From assembly GCA_047601445.1 (NCBI GenBank), contig JASGJH010000001.1, forward strand, positions 7,168,001 to 7,232,000: a stretch of 64,000 nucleotides of DNA. The letters are read 5' to 3'. A program made the translations under genes and the position numbers. Below, in pieces: positions 63,547-64,000 of the stretch (its first letter is position 1; each line of letters begins with the position of its first letter). The DNA comes from Myxococcales bacterium. Its GTDB lineage: Bacteria > Myxococcota_A > Polyangia > Polyangiales > DASUME01. The notes beneath the pieces are model-generated. The model ran no database searches, was not told the DNA's origin, and was given only the letters and a program-made list of their open reading frames with translations.

Positions 63547-64000
63547 TTACCTCGTGGGTGCGCTCGCGCTGCCGGAGCTCTCACTGCCGAGACCGCCGTC
63601 GTAGCTTCGAGCCGAGTCGAGGGGGCTGCCCATTTCGCGGATCAACGAGGCCAGGGTTTCCACGTTCAACGTGCTGCCGGCATCGCTACCCTCGAGCAGA
63701 CGGTCGGCGAGCTCGCGCTTCTCGTCGTGCAGCGCCAGGATCTTCTCCTCGATGCTGCCCTCCATCACCATGCGATAGATGGTCACGGGGCGCGTTTGTC
63801 CGATGCGATGGGCGCGGTCGCTGGCCTGATCTTCCACGGCCGGGTTCCACCAGGGGTCGAGGTGGATCACGTAGTCGGCCGCGGTCAGGTTCAGACCGAA
63901 TCCGCCGGCGCGCAGACTGATCAAGAAGATGTCGCCGCTGCCGCCCTGGAAGGCGCGCACGCTCTCGGCGCGCTGGGCGGGAGGCGTGCTTCCATCCAGG
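63547..64000 (-). CDS. SNF2-family helicase, C-terminal fragment; 5' part lies outside the window
   Basis: LDGSTP, FLISLRAGG.GLNLTAADYVIHLDPWWNPAVEDQASDRAHRIGQ and IEEKI. Confidence 0.95.
   Translation of the reverse strand, partial: LDGSTPPAQRAESVRAFQGGSGDIFLISLRAGGFGLNLTAADYVIHLDPWWNPAVEDQASDRAHRIGQTRPVTIYRMVMEGSIEEKILALHDEKRELADRLLEGSDAGSTLNVETLASLIREMGSPLDSARSYDGGLGSESSGSASAPTR

Noticed and set aside
63547..64000. SNF2 helicase as part of an anti-phage system
   Set aside because: Only the C-terminus is visible, and the downstream neighbour is an ordinary TlyC/CNNM gene.

Overview
A GC-rich, gene-dense bacterial window with no rRNA, tRNA, CRISPR array or mobile element that I can recognise. 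The gene content points to a myxobacterium, probably Polyangiales-like (inference): Ser/Thr kinases with PEGA-like tails, many Cys-rich lipoproteins with DAG/GDGD linkers, and MopE-like repeats. Housekeeping and metabolic genes are folK (truncated, absent from the ORF track), xseA, aroE, pfkA, a Kef-type antiporter, hflX, hppA, a TlyC/CNNM protein and a partial SNF2 helicase. Four modules stand out. (1) A compact biosynthetic cluster at 43.7-50.0 kb couples a proline-to-pyrrolyl starter cassette (PltE/PltF/PltL-like) to a type II PKS (ACP, KS, inactive CLF-like KS) and a hexapeptide-repeat acyltransferase. It sits head-to-head with an NdvA/ChvA-like exporter, and its adenylation gene carries a 1-nt frameshift. 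(2) An array at 52.6-61.3 kb has two PEGA-like genes followed by mosaic Cys-rich lipoproteins. Two of these share an exact 91-bp linker repeat, and a degraded orphan C-terminal cassette follows, which suggests module shuffling. (3) A receptor-less CheR/CheB operon accompanies a CHASE3-like hybrid kinase. (4) An alkyl-DHAP-synthase-like/GlpD/lipid-kinase operon is translationally coupled. All calls come from reading motifs by eye; no database search was run.
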